Origin: a virus
Virus genome (UHGV): UHGV-0118085
Reading direction: 5' to 3' (one strand)
Length of the DNA stretch: 17,017 bases
Part shown: piece after piece, positions 7,153 through 15,426 of the stretch
How positions within the stretch are numbered: the stretch's first letter is position 1
Layout: every line of letters starts with the position of its first letter
Translations under genes and position numbers: made by a program
Notes under the pieces: generated by a model
Told to the model about the DNA's origin: nothing
The model's database searches: none
The model's input: only the letters and a program-made list of their open reading frames with translations

Positions 7153-9924
7153 TTAATCATCTAGCAACGGATCTTGTGCCTTACTGGAATTAACTTGCTC
7201 CAAATGCTTAATACAATCTTCACTTGAAATAAAATAGACCTTAGGTTTTTTCCTTAGCTCATATGTCAAAAATACTGTCACTTCCATTTTTACATACGTT
7301 TTCAGATTAGTTTCATTTATATCTAATCCTCTTGAAGTCAACAAACTATCAGATGGAGAAGTGAAAGATGCTTTTAATATATCGTCTCCCTCAAGAGAAA
7401 AACAACAAACATCATCAAGATGAATATAATAAAAACCATCCTTATTAAATTTTACATCATTTTGTACTCTATATCTCATTCCTCTGTAGAATCTGACGTT
7501 ATGATCAAAATCATTCTCTATTGCGCTTATAGTTATAAACTTCAAACCTTCAGGGAGTTGGTTAAGATTCTTAATAATAACAACATCCATATCATGAAGA
7601 TCACTAATCAAATGAGAAGTGATGAGTTTGAAAACATTTGCCGCATATAAAGATGGAGATTGGGAATATATTTCTCCATTAATGGGCTTAATAATCTGTC
7701 GCTTCGTAATTAGATATTCAAAAACAAACTTGTCACTAATATTTTCACAACTACACTCTAAAGTAGCAAACTCACGAAATGTTTTTATGAAATCATTTTT
7801 TAATCCATCTTCATATAGCTTCATGAGTTCTTCATCATAAGGAGTATTGATCACATCATTGACTTGAATATCAAGAATCTTAGAGTTTATTTCTTCAAAT
7901 CCAGAAAGTAGATTATGCTTACGCTCATCAAAACTATTAAGCTCATCATTATGAGCTTCTAATTCGAGTAAATCCATAACTTCTCTAAAAAAATCTGATT
8001 GATATATAGACATGACATCATCTATAAAATGAGATGAAAGATTATTTACCTTTACAAGGTTCTCTAAATCATCAATATATATTAGACTTAAACCATTATT
8101 GTACGAACGACCTTTGAATAAAATCAATGCTAAAGCAAAAGCCATATAATGTTGTGATCTTATAGAAATAGCACCTGAGCCAGTTGCATCCCTTATTTCA
8201 AACTCATCTATATCATCTAAAAAAACAGATTTTAACGAAAAAAGAATATCATAAACTTCTGATATGAAGTAAATCTCCGTTAAGTAATGAGGATTCAACC
8301 ATTGGCTCAGCAAGTTTGCCAGATCTAATATTTCCTCATTCTTATTTTTTAGTTCACATAATCGAATGCCATCATTTTTTCCTAGTAGGTGCTCCAACCG
8401 CATTCCAATACAAGATATCACTATTTTATTCGCATCAATCAGCAAGGATTGTCTAGTATTCAATTCAGATGATGAAATGCCAATATAAATGTTATTATTC
8501 CCAGTAAGAAATGTAGTGTTTATTTTAAAAGCATCATAATGTCTATTGACAAGGTTTTTAATACTCGACTTAAGATAAATCTCAAGAAACTTATCACTTT
8601 CAGAATACATAACTCTTTCTTCTGTGAAACTCCTAGACTCAATCAAAAAACCATAATATGAAGATGGATCATAAATTATTCTCGGAAGAGAAAGCATAGA
8701 ACTAAAGACGATTAGAGCTTTTTCAATATCGGTATATAGAAGAAGCCATAGCAACTTATTATAAAACGCGAATAGTATTGTTTGTGGTGTATTTTTTGAG
8801 GATGGGGATTCATATATGAATCGTTCCAAACTTAAAAACACTCCTGCACTTTGAGATTTTGAAATTATTAAATATATTACTTCCACACAAAAATCAAGTT
8901 GACTACTTAAACTCCCCTGCAAGGTGTTTAATGTATTCCTTACAACCATCAACTCTATTTCATCATAAAAATAGAAATTTTCGCTTTCATTAAGATAATT
9001 GAATGATTTACTAATGAGCGTTTTAATTTTATTAAGAGACTCATGATTTTGATTCAAATTAATGCCTTCATCAGAAAAAATAATGGCATCTCTATCAATC
9101 ATAGGCTTGTGAAATGTAGGTGAGATATATAATACAACTTTTGAAGTGCCGAAAATTTTTGTTAGTTCAGCATTCAATTTATTTAGATTATTCTTATTAA
9201 GGCCAACTATTACTTTCTTATCCGTAGAATATGTATTTTTAATTTTTACTCCATTTAGAGGCATGAACTCCATTTCATATTTAATAACTGAATTCTGTTG
9301 GTTTTTTATAAAATTACGAAATTCAGCAAGTAGATGCTTGCTATTATTATTACTATCTAAAACAAATGAACTAACTTCCGTTACTTTATTCAATAAAATT
9401 GCATCAATCAACTCTTTTTTCTCTGTTATATAATATAAACTCCTGAACATGGATATGTATCGGAATATAAAAAAAACAGAGCATGATACTGACAAGGCAT
9501 ATTGAATAACCCCCCCACCGATTACCAAGAAAAAGATTCCCACAAATAATCCGCAAATAGCATTAAGGCTGAATGAATAAAATTTATATTCTCTCAATAC
9601 CAATTGCCTTGTTACATTAACAAAATACTTATTTGATGCCTCTGTAACCTGTTGAACAAACATTCCCATAAATGCAATTGATAATGCAGCGATTGTTCCG
9701 TGGATTGATAATATAGTTCCCCAAGAGCTAGGAATCCAATTTAACTCTGCTTTATTAACGTATAACGGAGAAATAAAGAGCCAGCGATAGTCAGAATCTC
9801 CTCCTGCCCCTACAAAAAATAAAACCGAACCTAAAAGCAAAATTAAACCCATCTTAATAAAAGACTCAATTGCTTTTTTACCTGTGAATTCAGCCACCTG
9901 CTTTGATATTTTACCACTATCCAT
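7153..9924 (-). CDS. Large AT-rich cargo protein of unknown function with about four N-terminal transmembrane helices; candidate anti-phage defence or exclusion protein
   Basis: Uninterrupted 923-codon ORF. Sampled 60-nt lines inside it give 19/60 and 14/60 G+C, against 37/60 in a sampled line of gene A. Hydrophobic segments fall at residues about 25-41, 66-90 and 118-165 (nt about 9430..9852). No Walker A, HUH, DPPY or other motif recognised in the soluble part. It occupies the P2 tin/old position between A and cos/Q. Confidence 0.8.
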   Translation of the reverse strand: MDSGKISKQVAEFTGKKAIESFIKMGLILLLGSVLFFVGAGGDSDYRWLFISPLYVNKAELNWIPSSWGTILSIHGTIAALSIAFMGMFVQQVTEASNKYFVNVTRQLVLREYKFYSFSLNAICGLFVGIFFLVIGGGVIQYALSVSCSVFFIFRYISMFRSLYYITEKKELIDAILLNKVTEVSSFVLDSNNNSKHLLAEFRNFIKNQQNSVIKYEMEFMPLNGVKIKNTYSTDKKVIVGLNKNNLNKLNAELTKIFGTSKVVLYISPTFHKPMIDRDAIIFSDEGINLNQNHESLNKIKTLISKSFNYLNESENFYFYDEIELMVVRNTLNTLQGSLSSQLDFCVEVIYLIISKSQSAGVFLSLERFIYESPSSKNTPQTILFAFYNKLLWLLLYTDIEKALIVFSSMLSLPRIIYDPSSYYGFLIESRSFTEERVMYSESDKFLEIYLKSSIKNLVNRHYDAFKINTTFLTGNNNIYIGISSSELNTRQSLLIDANKIVISCIGMRLEHLLGKNDGIRLCELKNKNEEILDLANLLSQWLNPHYLTEIYFISEVYDILFSLKSVFLDDIDEFEIRDATGSGAISIRSQHYMAFALALILFKGRSYNNGLSLIYIDDLENLVKVNNLSSHFIDDVMSIYQSDFFREVMDLLELEAHNDELNSFDERKHNLLSGFEEINSKILDIQVNDVINTPYDEELMKLYEDGLKNDFIKTFREFATLECSCENISDKFVFEYLITKRQIIKPINGEIYSQSPSLYAANVFKLITSHLISDLHDMDVVIIKNLNQLPEGLKFITISAIENDFDHNVRFYRGMRYRVQNDVKFNKDGFYYIHLDDVCCFSLEGDDILKASFTSPSDSLLTSRGLDINETNLKTYVKMEVTVFLTYELRKKPKVYFISSEDCIKHLEQVNSSKAQDPLLDD

Positions 9925-10104
9925 AAGAGCACCACTTTAATATGTAAATTACAAATCAAGAGTTATAATTAACACACACAACGAAACCGTCTCTATTCTC
10001 ATAAAATACGCCAACGCATATTAGATATAGACCTCTAAGTTTCGGTTCTGATTGAATTGATAAAAAAATCATTTCACTATATGCTTTGAGGGAAGTAAAA
10101 GTAT

Positions 10105-12594
10105 TCATCTTTCAGGGGCAATCCTTTTCAACATTCTAGTGTAATATCCAATTGGATCATGCCTAATGTTACCACAGTCAATATTATGTCTTATTTGCAT
10201 ACGTTGCCACAACGCCCTGATTTTAGAGTCCATGCTGGAGTCTGATCGACGTCGCACTTCTCCATTGTTGTTGGCATAAACAACACTTTCATCAATACGC
10301 AAATGTTCGCCGCGTAACAACAACTTTATTTGGCCTGTACTCAGCTTCATGCCGATAGATCTGGCATAGTCATCCATTACAGCTATGCGTGCTTCAGGTA
10401 TTGGCACAGTGACATGGTCAGCAGGCATACATTTTTCCTGTTGGCGCAACTCATGAGCTACCTTCAGATAGATCTCTGCTCTAGCCTGCTCAATTTCACC
10501 ACAATCAAATGCCGTAATAGCATTAGCAAGCGCTTCAAATTCATCAGCAGGTGATTTTTGCCGTTTCGATTTGTAGTTTCTTAAACCTTCATTAAGACGC
10601 ATTTTCTGTTCGCGGGTCATTTGACCAATTTCATACTGTTCGGGTTCGTCCGGTTGTGAATTTTCACATACTGATTTTGTGTGTTTTTTGTACTCAGTAC
10701 AGTTATTGACACGAGTCCAAGAGGGCGCGGGCGCGCCCTTAAGGTCAAAACCTCGACCAGCGTCGTCGTCTGCTTTTGGCTTCATTTTGACAATACGATA
10801 AGAATGGAGACGGGTTTCAACCGGAGGAATAGTCGATGCTGGCATGACTACGCCTTTAATGACTCTCTGAAACTCGCCGTAACTGCTCGGTTCATCCCGG
10901 TACTGATACCATGCGCGCAACACAAGCCTATTCCGTGCCACGAACGGGCCACCCTGCAAGGTAATGTAGTCCTGCCAGTTCCCCGCATGTGCGGCGCGAT
11001 GTAACTCACCGAAAACCGGACTGATACGATCTGCCATTTCCTGATTCTTCAGGCGGCGCAACTCGCGCCAGACAGACACCGGCGCACCACCCAAAAACTG
11101 AAACTGACGAATGCCCCAGCATGAAGCCCAGGCGGTAGCGTGTTTTGCTGTTTCCTTCAGTGGACGTCCGCTTTCGTCGTCGCTTTCACCATCCAGCGCG
11201 TAGCCATCAATATTTTTAGATATGTACTTAACAACATAGCCAGTAGCACTCCCCAAAGCCGGATCTATTGGCTTAAGCTCAAAGCGCGGTTGCTTGCCAG
11301 TCTTGCCGGTTAGCTCGTCTGCATCCTCACGTGTGGCGTAGTCTTCCATCACTTCCAACAACTCGCCGGTATGTTCCGGGGCAGTGAACAGAAGGCCATG
11401 CCAATGCGGAGTAGCATCATGGTGAGATTCAGCAACGCGAAGGCCAAAAACAGGAATCTCACGGCGCGCAAGCTCCGCGCGGATCAGCTGCCAGACGTGA
11501 TTAAGGTAGTTCTGTGTTTTGCGTGGGCTTGCTCCGTTCCATTTATGATTACGATGCCCGAATACTGTAAAAGCATGATATTTAGACGGTGCGGTCAACG
11601 TGAAGAAACTACCGGCAAAACCGCTTTCTGTTGCCACTTTCTCAAAGCCACCAATGCGCGTCATCAACTCAACGCGGCGCTTTTCAGGGTTAGAAATACT
11701 TTTATCAATCTGCTCTATCAGCGAAATGCGCTCGCCAGTTACCTGATCTTCAAGTTCAAGACGGCTCATAATTTCGCGACTACGCTTACGGCGGGAATCC
11801 CACTGTGTAACGTGGTGTTTGCTGCAATACGGTGAAACATCGCGGCGCACATCACCATAAGCAATGTGCAAATGCTCACGCCAGCGGCGGGCGTACTTGC
11901 GCAGAAGGCGTGACCAAAAGCGATCGTGCGTGGTTTTTTGTATTGCCGCCGCCGCTTCATCAAGCGCCATCCGGCGCTTCTTCGCCCAAGGTGCCACCAA
12001 CCTGAAATACGCAATTAGTCTAGAGCCTTCACGCACCATGCGTTTGCCGTACTCAGCATCACTAAACATGCTCGCGCCTTCACTCACTTCAGCCAAAACG
12101 GCATTGGCATAAATGGCAATGTCCTGTGCCAACAAATCAATATCTTCATCGGTACTATCAGCCAGATTATTGAAGCGGTGCGCTAGCTCACGCAGATTTT
12201 CAAACGTGTGAAATAGTGGGTTTAGTTCAGAGAAAATGATCCAATCATTGTCTTCTGGTACCGCGTATTGATTCGTGACGTTACGGACGTGTGGAAGCTC
12301 GCGCTTAACGATATCGCGTAGCTTCAGTTTTGCGATATGACGTCCTTTATCCTCGTGAACGGTATTTATGTAAAAAGCAATGCGACGGCGAATGAAAGAA
12401 GGTAACGGCTTAAGGGTATCTTCTACCCATGCGAAAAACTCCTGCTCTTGACCCAATTCATATAGGTCAACAGCGGGAGTCTTATCGACGGAAATGGCCT
12501 GTTTGGGCTCATTCCAGGCGTAAGCATACCGGGCTGGCTCAACCGAGCCTCCCGGCATGGAGGTCATGCTATGGGTGCGGCGAACTGAAGTCAT
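10105..12594 (-). CDS. A: Rolling-circle replication initiator endonuclease (P2 gpA family)
   Basis: HUH motif PHWHGLLF (nt 11398..11406) and the twin-tyrosine motif YVVKYISKN (nt 11224..11238) with the two Tyr three residues apart, as in P2 A and phiX174 A. The track start at 12597 is a TTG; the ATG at 12594 is preceded by AAGG, so I prefer it. Confidence 0.9.
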   Translation of the reverse strand: MTSVRRTHSMTSMPGGSVEPARYAYAWNEPKQAISVDKTPAVDLYELGQEQEFFAWVEDTLKPLPSFIRRRIAFYINTVHEDKGRHIAKLKLRDIVKRELPHVRNVTNQYAVPEDNDWIIFSELNPLFHTFENLRELAHRFNNLADSTDEDIDLLAQDIAIYANAVLAEVSEGASMFSDAEYGKRMVREGSRLIAYFRLVAPWAKKRRMALDEAAAAIQKTTHDRFWSRLLRKYARRWREHLHIAYGDVRRDVSPYCSKHHVTQWDSRRKRSREIMSRLELEDQVTGERISLIEQIDKSISNPEKRRVELMTRIGGFEKVATESGFAGSFFTLTAPSKYHAFTVFGHRNHKWNGASPRKTQNYLNHVWQLIRAELARREIPVFGLRVAESHHDATPHWHGLLFTAPEHTGELLEVMEDYATREDADELTGKTGKQPRFELKPIDPALGSATGYVVKYISKNIDGYALDGESDDESGRPLKETAKHATAWASCWGIRQFQFLGGAPVSVWRELRRLKNQEMADRISPVFGELHRAAHAGNWQDYITLQGGPFVARNRLVLRAWYQYRDEPSSYGEFQRVIKGVVMPASTIPPVETRLHSYRIVKMKPKADDDAGRGFDLKGAPAPSWTRVNNCTEYKKHTKSVCENSQPDEPEQYEIGQMTREQKMRLNEGLRNYKSKRQKSPADEFEALANAITAFDCGEIEQARAEIYLKVAHELRQQEKCMPADHVTVPIPEARIAVMDDYARSIGMKLSTGQIKLLLRGEHLRIDESVVYANNNGEVRRRSDSSMDSKIRALWQRMQIRHNIDCGNIRHDPIGYYTRMLKRIAPER

Positions 12595-12603
12595 CAATCC
12601 GCC

Positions 12604-12777
12604 TTAGATGGAAACAGTGTCGCCGGGCTGTATTGCTCTGGCGTCACGTTCTGAATAGGTGATCAGATCTGTATTGCTGTAACCCCCCTCACCCAGAACC
12701 TCAACACGAGTTATCCAGTAATTACGGCGCGGGAGCACATCCAGCACCTTTGTCACAACGACCTCAACGGGATTCAT
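12604..12777 (-). CDS. Hypothetical small protein (57 aa), translationally coupled to the methyltransferase
   Basis: Hand-translated as MNPVEVVVTKVLDVLPRRNYWITRVEVLGEGGYSNTDLITYSERDARAIQPGDTVSI. Its ATG (12777..12775) overlaps the methyltransferase stop codon (12779..12777) by one nucleotide (TGATG), with AGGAGG upstream. It is below the ORF-track length cutoff. Confidence 0.45.
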   Translation of the reverse strand: MNPVEVVVTKVLDVLPRRNYWITRVEVLGEGGYSNTDLITYSERDARAIQPGDTVSI

Positions 12778-13760
12778 CAGAACACCTCCTGATCATCAAA
12801 AGCACCAGAGGCAACCATTTCTGAATAGGTCGCATCAGCCATCACAGCACCGCAATCAGGACAACCGCCGCCAGTACGCCCACAACAACCACAAACGCGT
12901 AGAAAGCCGATCACCTCGCCAGCCAAGTTGCGAGATTTGGCCCCTACAGATCGGCGGATTTCGAATGAATTAAGGGTGAACGGGTAGTAAATTTTGCGGG
13001 TTTCCGGGGTATCGCTACCGGAAAAAACAGACAGGCATCCTTCGTTGTTATGAGCGGTAATCAATGACTCAACCAGGTCACGGTGATCATCGACAGTGAA
13101 GGGTTTACCGTACGCGGTAAAATCAGCCGTTTTACTCGCTGGCAGGTAAGGCGGATCACAGTAAATTACTGTGCGCTCAAATATGCGACTAGCAACAGGG
13201 ATGGTGTAACGGAAATCAGCGCAAAGAAACTGAGCACCTTTCTCATATGCTCGTTTTGCAAAGTGCTGGATCTCTGCAACAGGGAAAATTGGCTTGCGGC
13301 GACGACCAAATGGAACGTTAAATTCATTCTTCCCATTCACTCGGTATAAACCGTTATAGCAATGACGGTTTAGATAAAGGAATAATGCTGCAAACTTTAC
13401 AAGTTCACTCTGATAATAAACCTTTCCATCAGAAGTTTTTTTATTATGCTGGGGGAAATCACGATTAAAATCATTAAATTCATTGCGGCATTTATAATAT
13501 GCCTCTTCATTATTACCGCCATCAAATAGAGTAGCAGCGACATCTAGCAACGATTTAGTATTGTTCTTCAATATTGAATAGAAGTTCATAAGCGCTGCGT
13601 TGCTATCACACAGAATATAGGTTTTATAGTCAGTGTTCAGAAAGACGCTACCACTACCTACAAAAGGCTCAACGAGACATTCACCCTTTGGCAAAGCCTC
13701 CAGTACATGAGGCATCGCGCGAGACTTGCCGCCCGCCCAGATCAGAGGGGAGTTAACCAT
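12777..13760 (-). CDS. Dam-type N6-adenine DNA methyltransferase with a Cys-rich C-terminal tail
   Basis: N-terminal SPLIWAGGK...EPFVGSGSV (AdoMet-binding) and catalytic DPPY (nt 13146..13157). I start it at the ATG at 13760 (MVNSP...), preceded by AAGGAG, rather than the track start at 13832. The C-terminus carries CGCCGRTGGGCPDCG (nt about 12852..12893). Confidence 0.85.
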   Translation of the reverse strand: MVNSPLIWAGGKSRAMPHVLEALPKGECLVEPFVGSGSVFLNTDYKTYILCDSNAALMNFYSILKNNTKSLLDVAATLFDGGNNEEAYYKCRNEFNDFNRDFPQHNKKTSDGKVYYQSELVKFAALFLYLNRHCYNGLYRVNGKNEFNVPFGRRRKPIFPVAEIQHFAKRAYEKGAQFLCADFRYTIPVASRIFERTVIYCDPPYLPASKTADFTAYGKPFTVDDHRDLVESLITAHNNEGCLSVFSGSDTPETRKIYYPFTLNSFEIRRSVGAKSRNLAGEVIGFLRVCGCCGRTGGGCPDCGAVMADATYSEMVASGAFDDQEVF

Positions 13761-13920
13761 TTTTTTGCTCCTTGATTTCTGCGGCCTTTTCTCTGTTGTA
13801 GATCCAGTCTTCCAGGCTGCGATAAATTTCATTGGTGGACAGCTTTTCTTTTTTCAGTAAGGTTAATTTGATACGTAACAACCCAAGCAGGTGCGCGCGT
13901 TCATTTATTTGAATTGTCAT
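13753..13920 (-). CDS. Hypothetical small protein (55 aa) overlapping the methyltransferase start
   Basis: Hand-translated as MTIQINERAHLLGLLRIKLTLLKKEKLSTNEIYRSLEDWIYNREKAAEIKEQKNG. GGAGG lies upstream of its ATG, and its 3' end overlaps the methyltransferase ATG by 8 nt. Confidence 0.45.
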   Translation of the reverse strand: MTIQINERAHLLGLLRIKLTLLKKEKLSTNEIYRSLEDWIYNREKAAEIKEQKNG

Positions 13921-14000
13921 AATCAACCTCCTGAAAAAAGATAAAGCGAAGCCCCGGCAGAAATGCCGTAAATAAACAGATTCAGATTGCAGTTATTTAA

Positions 14001-14282
14001 TTAGCGAGCACCGCTATTCCAGTATTTCTCTAATTCAACACTGAAGGCGTCACAAATAGAGCCGCCCGGAAGAATAGAAAATTGAATGCCCGTCTCTTTA
14101 CATCGCACTTCAAAACCATTTCGAGCAATATCAGATAGCGCCATGCCCTGAACAACATTACGCGATTTGCTGTGCTGATGACTTGGACTATAGCCGCTGC
14201 GAGACGGTGTGCGGGTTCCATCCTGCCGGGAAGCATTGACGCTCTGTCGGGCGTTCAGAATAGCTGCTGTTGAGGTGGTCAT
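14001..14282 (-). CDS. Hypothetical early-operon protein (93 aa)
   Basis: ORF in the cox-to-A early operon; its ATG overlaps the stop of the upstream ORF (ATGA). No motif recognised. Confidence 0.55.
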   Translation of the reverse strand: MTTSTAAILNARQSVNASRQDGTRTPSRSGYSPSHQHSKSRNVVQGMALSDIARNGFEVRCKETGIQFSILPGGSICDAFSVELEKYWNSGAR

Positions 14283-14530
14283 AACCCCCCCGGCTGAGAG
14301 TGATCAATTGCAAGTGGTAAAGGCACTACACCACTCATTACAGCGCTAATGGTTGGAAGCAGATCATCAATAGTTTCATTATCGCGCAAACAGAAAGCGG
14401 CACCGTAGAGGTGCTGAAGGCCGCTAGCCAATACGCCGTAATGTGACTCATGGCCTTGAGGGTTGTTTTCCATGTTGAAATGGTAATCCTGGAGCATTTC
14501 ATTTACCTGCTCCGCGTAGCAACGTTTCAT
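14279..14530 (-). CDS. Hypothetical early-operon protein (83 aa)
   Basis: ORF with an ATG start at 14530 overlapping the upstream stop. No motif recognised. Confidence 0.55.
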   Translation of the reverse strand: MKRCYAEQVNEMLQDYHFNMENNPQGHESHYGVLASGLQHLYGAAFCLRDNETIDDLLPTISAVMSGVVPLPLAIDHSQPGGL

Positions 14531-14787
14531 TGTTCACCCCTGTCGAATTTGACTGTCTCGGAAGGTATGGAGACCTGGCTATTCCGGCATTCCGGCGCAC
14601 GCTCAAGAACGATTGACACGGCATAGCAAAGGTCTTCATCGGTCAGGTCAAGCATGTCCTTTACGCGCAGGATTGCTAAAGTCGCCTTTGCTCGCTTAGT
14701 TACGCGTGAGGTTGCAGCCTCTTTTTTCGCGGTTGCCAACATTTTTTTAGCGGCTGGTGATAACTGATGAGAAAGTAAAAGACTCAC
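14527..14787 (-). CDS. Hypothetical early-operon protein (86 aa), GTG start
   Basis: The start codon at 14787..14785 is GTG, preceded by AGGAGG 4 nt upstream, and it overlaps the upstream stop (GTGA). Confidence 0.5.
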   Translation of the reverse strand: MSLLLSHQLSPAAKKMLATAKKEAATSRVTKRAKATLAILRVKDMLDLTDEDLCYAVSIVLERAPECRNSQVSIPSETVKFDRGEQ

Positions 14788-14975
14788 GCGGCCTCCTGTC
14801 TCAGTTGATCAATGGTTGAAAGGGCTTCAGCTAACGCGAAATCCAGCCCCAGATAATTACCATCTTTGGTGATTTGGTAACGCTGGCGTGAATACGGCTT
14901 TTTGCGTGGCAGCTTCACAATAGTGAAGCCGCGATAGATTGCTGTTTTGCTGTTGATCTGGATAAGCATCATCAA
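14784..14975 (-). CDS. Hypothetical early-operon protein (63 aa)
   Basis: ORF starting 18 bp after the cox stop on the same strand; first gene of the overlapping chain. Confidence 0.5.
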   Translation of the reverse strand: MMMLIQINSKTAIYRGFTIVKLPRKKPYSRQRYQITKDGNYLGLDFALAEALSTIDQLRQEAA

Positions 14976-14992
14976 TCCCTTAGCTTCAGTTA

Positions 14993-15265
14993 TTAAAGGC
15001 CCATCCAGAGCAACCAGGCATCACGCTGTTCAACCGGGCGGTTATAGAACGCCTCACGCACCCCGCGATTGAACTCAGGAACAAAGACCAGCTTTTCTCC
15101 CGCGCGCGCTTTTGGCTTCGACGGATCACGAAACTCAATAACCGGCAGCTTATTTTTTTCAATCATGGTTTGTACGGCTGTGCGTGGTTTACCTAGCAAT
15201 TCCGCGAACTTATCAGGATGTACCGCATCAAGCGGGTACTGAATAACGTAATCAGCAGCTTCCAT
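14993..15265 (-). CDS. cox: Cox-like excisionase / early repressor of the lysogenic promoter
   Basis: 90-aa ORF divergent from the C repressor gene, resembling P2 Cox (FAELLGKPRTAVQTMIEKNKLPVIEF...). It is the first gene of the minus-strand early operon leading to A. Confidence 0.75.
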   Translation of the reverse strand: MEAADYVIQYPLDAVHPDKFAELLGKPRTAVQTMIEKNKLPVIEFRDPSKPKARAGEKLVFVPEFNRGVREAFYNRPVEQRDAWLLWMGL

Positions 15266-15426
15266 AAACTATCTCCATTCTCATTTGGTTACATGCTAAC
15301 CTTGTAAGATCCAGCGGCTTTAAAACGGCTCAGGATGGTTCCTGAGCGGCTGGACTCACGCCCAAAAAGGTTCTGAGTCAATGACCTTTTCGGGTGAGTA
15401 TAGTCATTAAGTCAGGACCAAATCAA
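15266..15426. promoter_or_regulatory. Divergent early/lysogenic promoter-operator region between cox and C
   Basis: 161-bp intergenic region between divergent cox and C. It contains a perfect palindrome gctcagga-tggt-tcctgagc (15328..15347), near-direct repeats ggttcctgag / ggttctgag (15338..15347 and 15369..15377), and a -10-like TATAGT (15399..15404) upstream of C. Confidence 0.55.

Noticed and set aside
7420-9433. Plus-strand ORFs of 76, 73 and 95 aa inside the cargo gene
   Set aside because: They are antisense to a 923-codon uninterrupted ORF in AT-rich sequence, where open frames arise by chance on the opposite strand.
7153-9924. Cargo protein as a known Old, Tin, Kiwa or Zorya-type defence protein
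   Set aside because: No Walker A/ATPase or Toprim motif as in Old. The transmembrane domain is fused to a single large protein rather than paired with a second gene as in Kiwa or Zorya. I cannot support any named family from sequence alone.
10330-12112. Several plus- and minus-strand ORFs of 74 to 154 aa within gene A
   Set aside because: All overlap the gene A reading frame, whose HUH and tyrosine motifs confirm the correct frame. No independent support.
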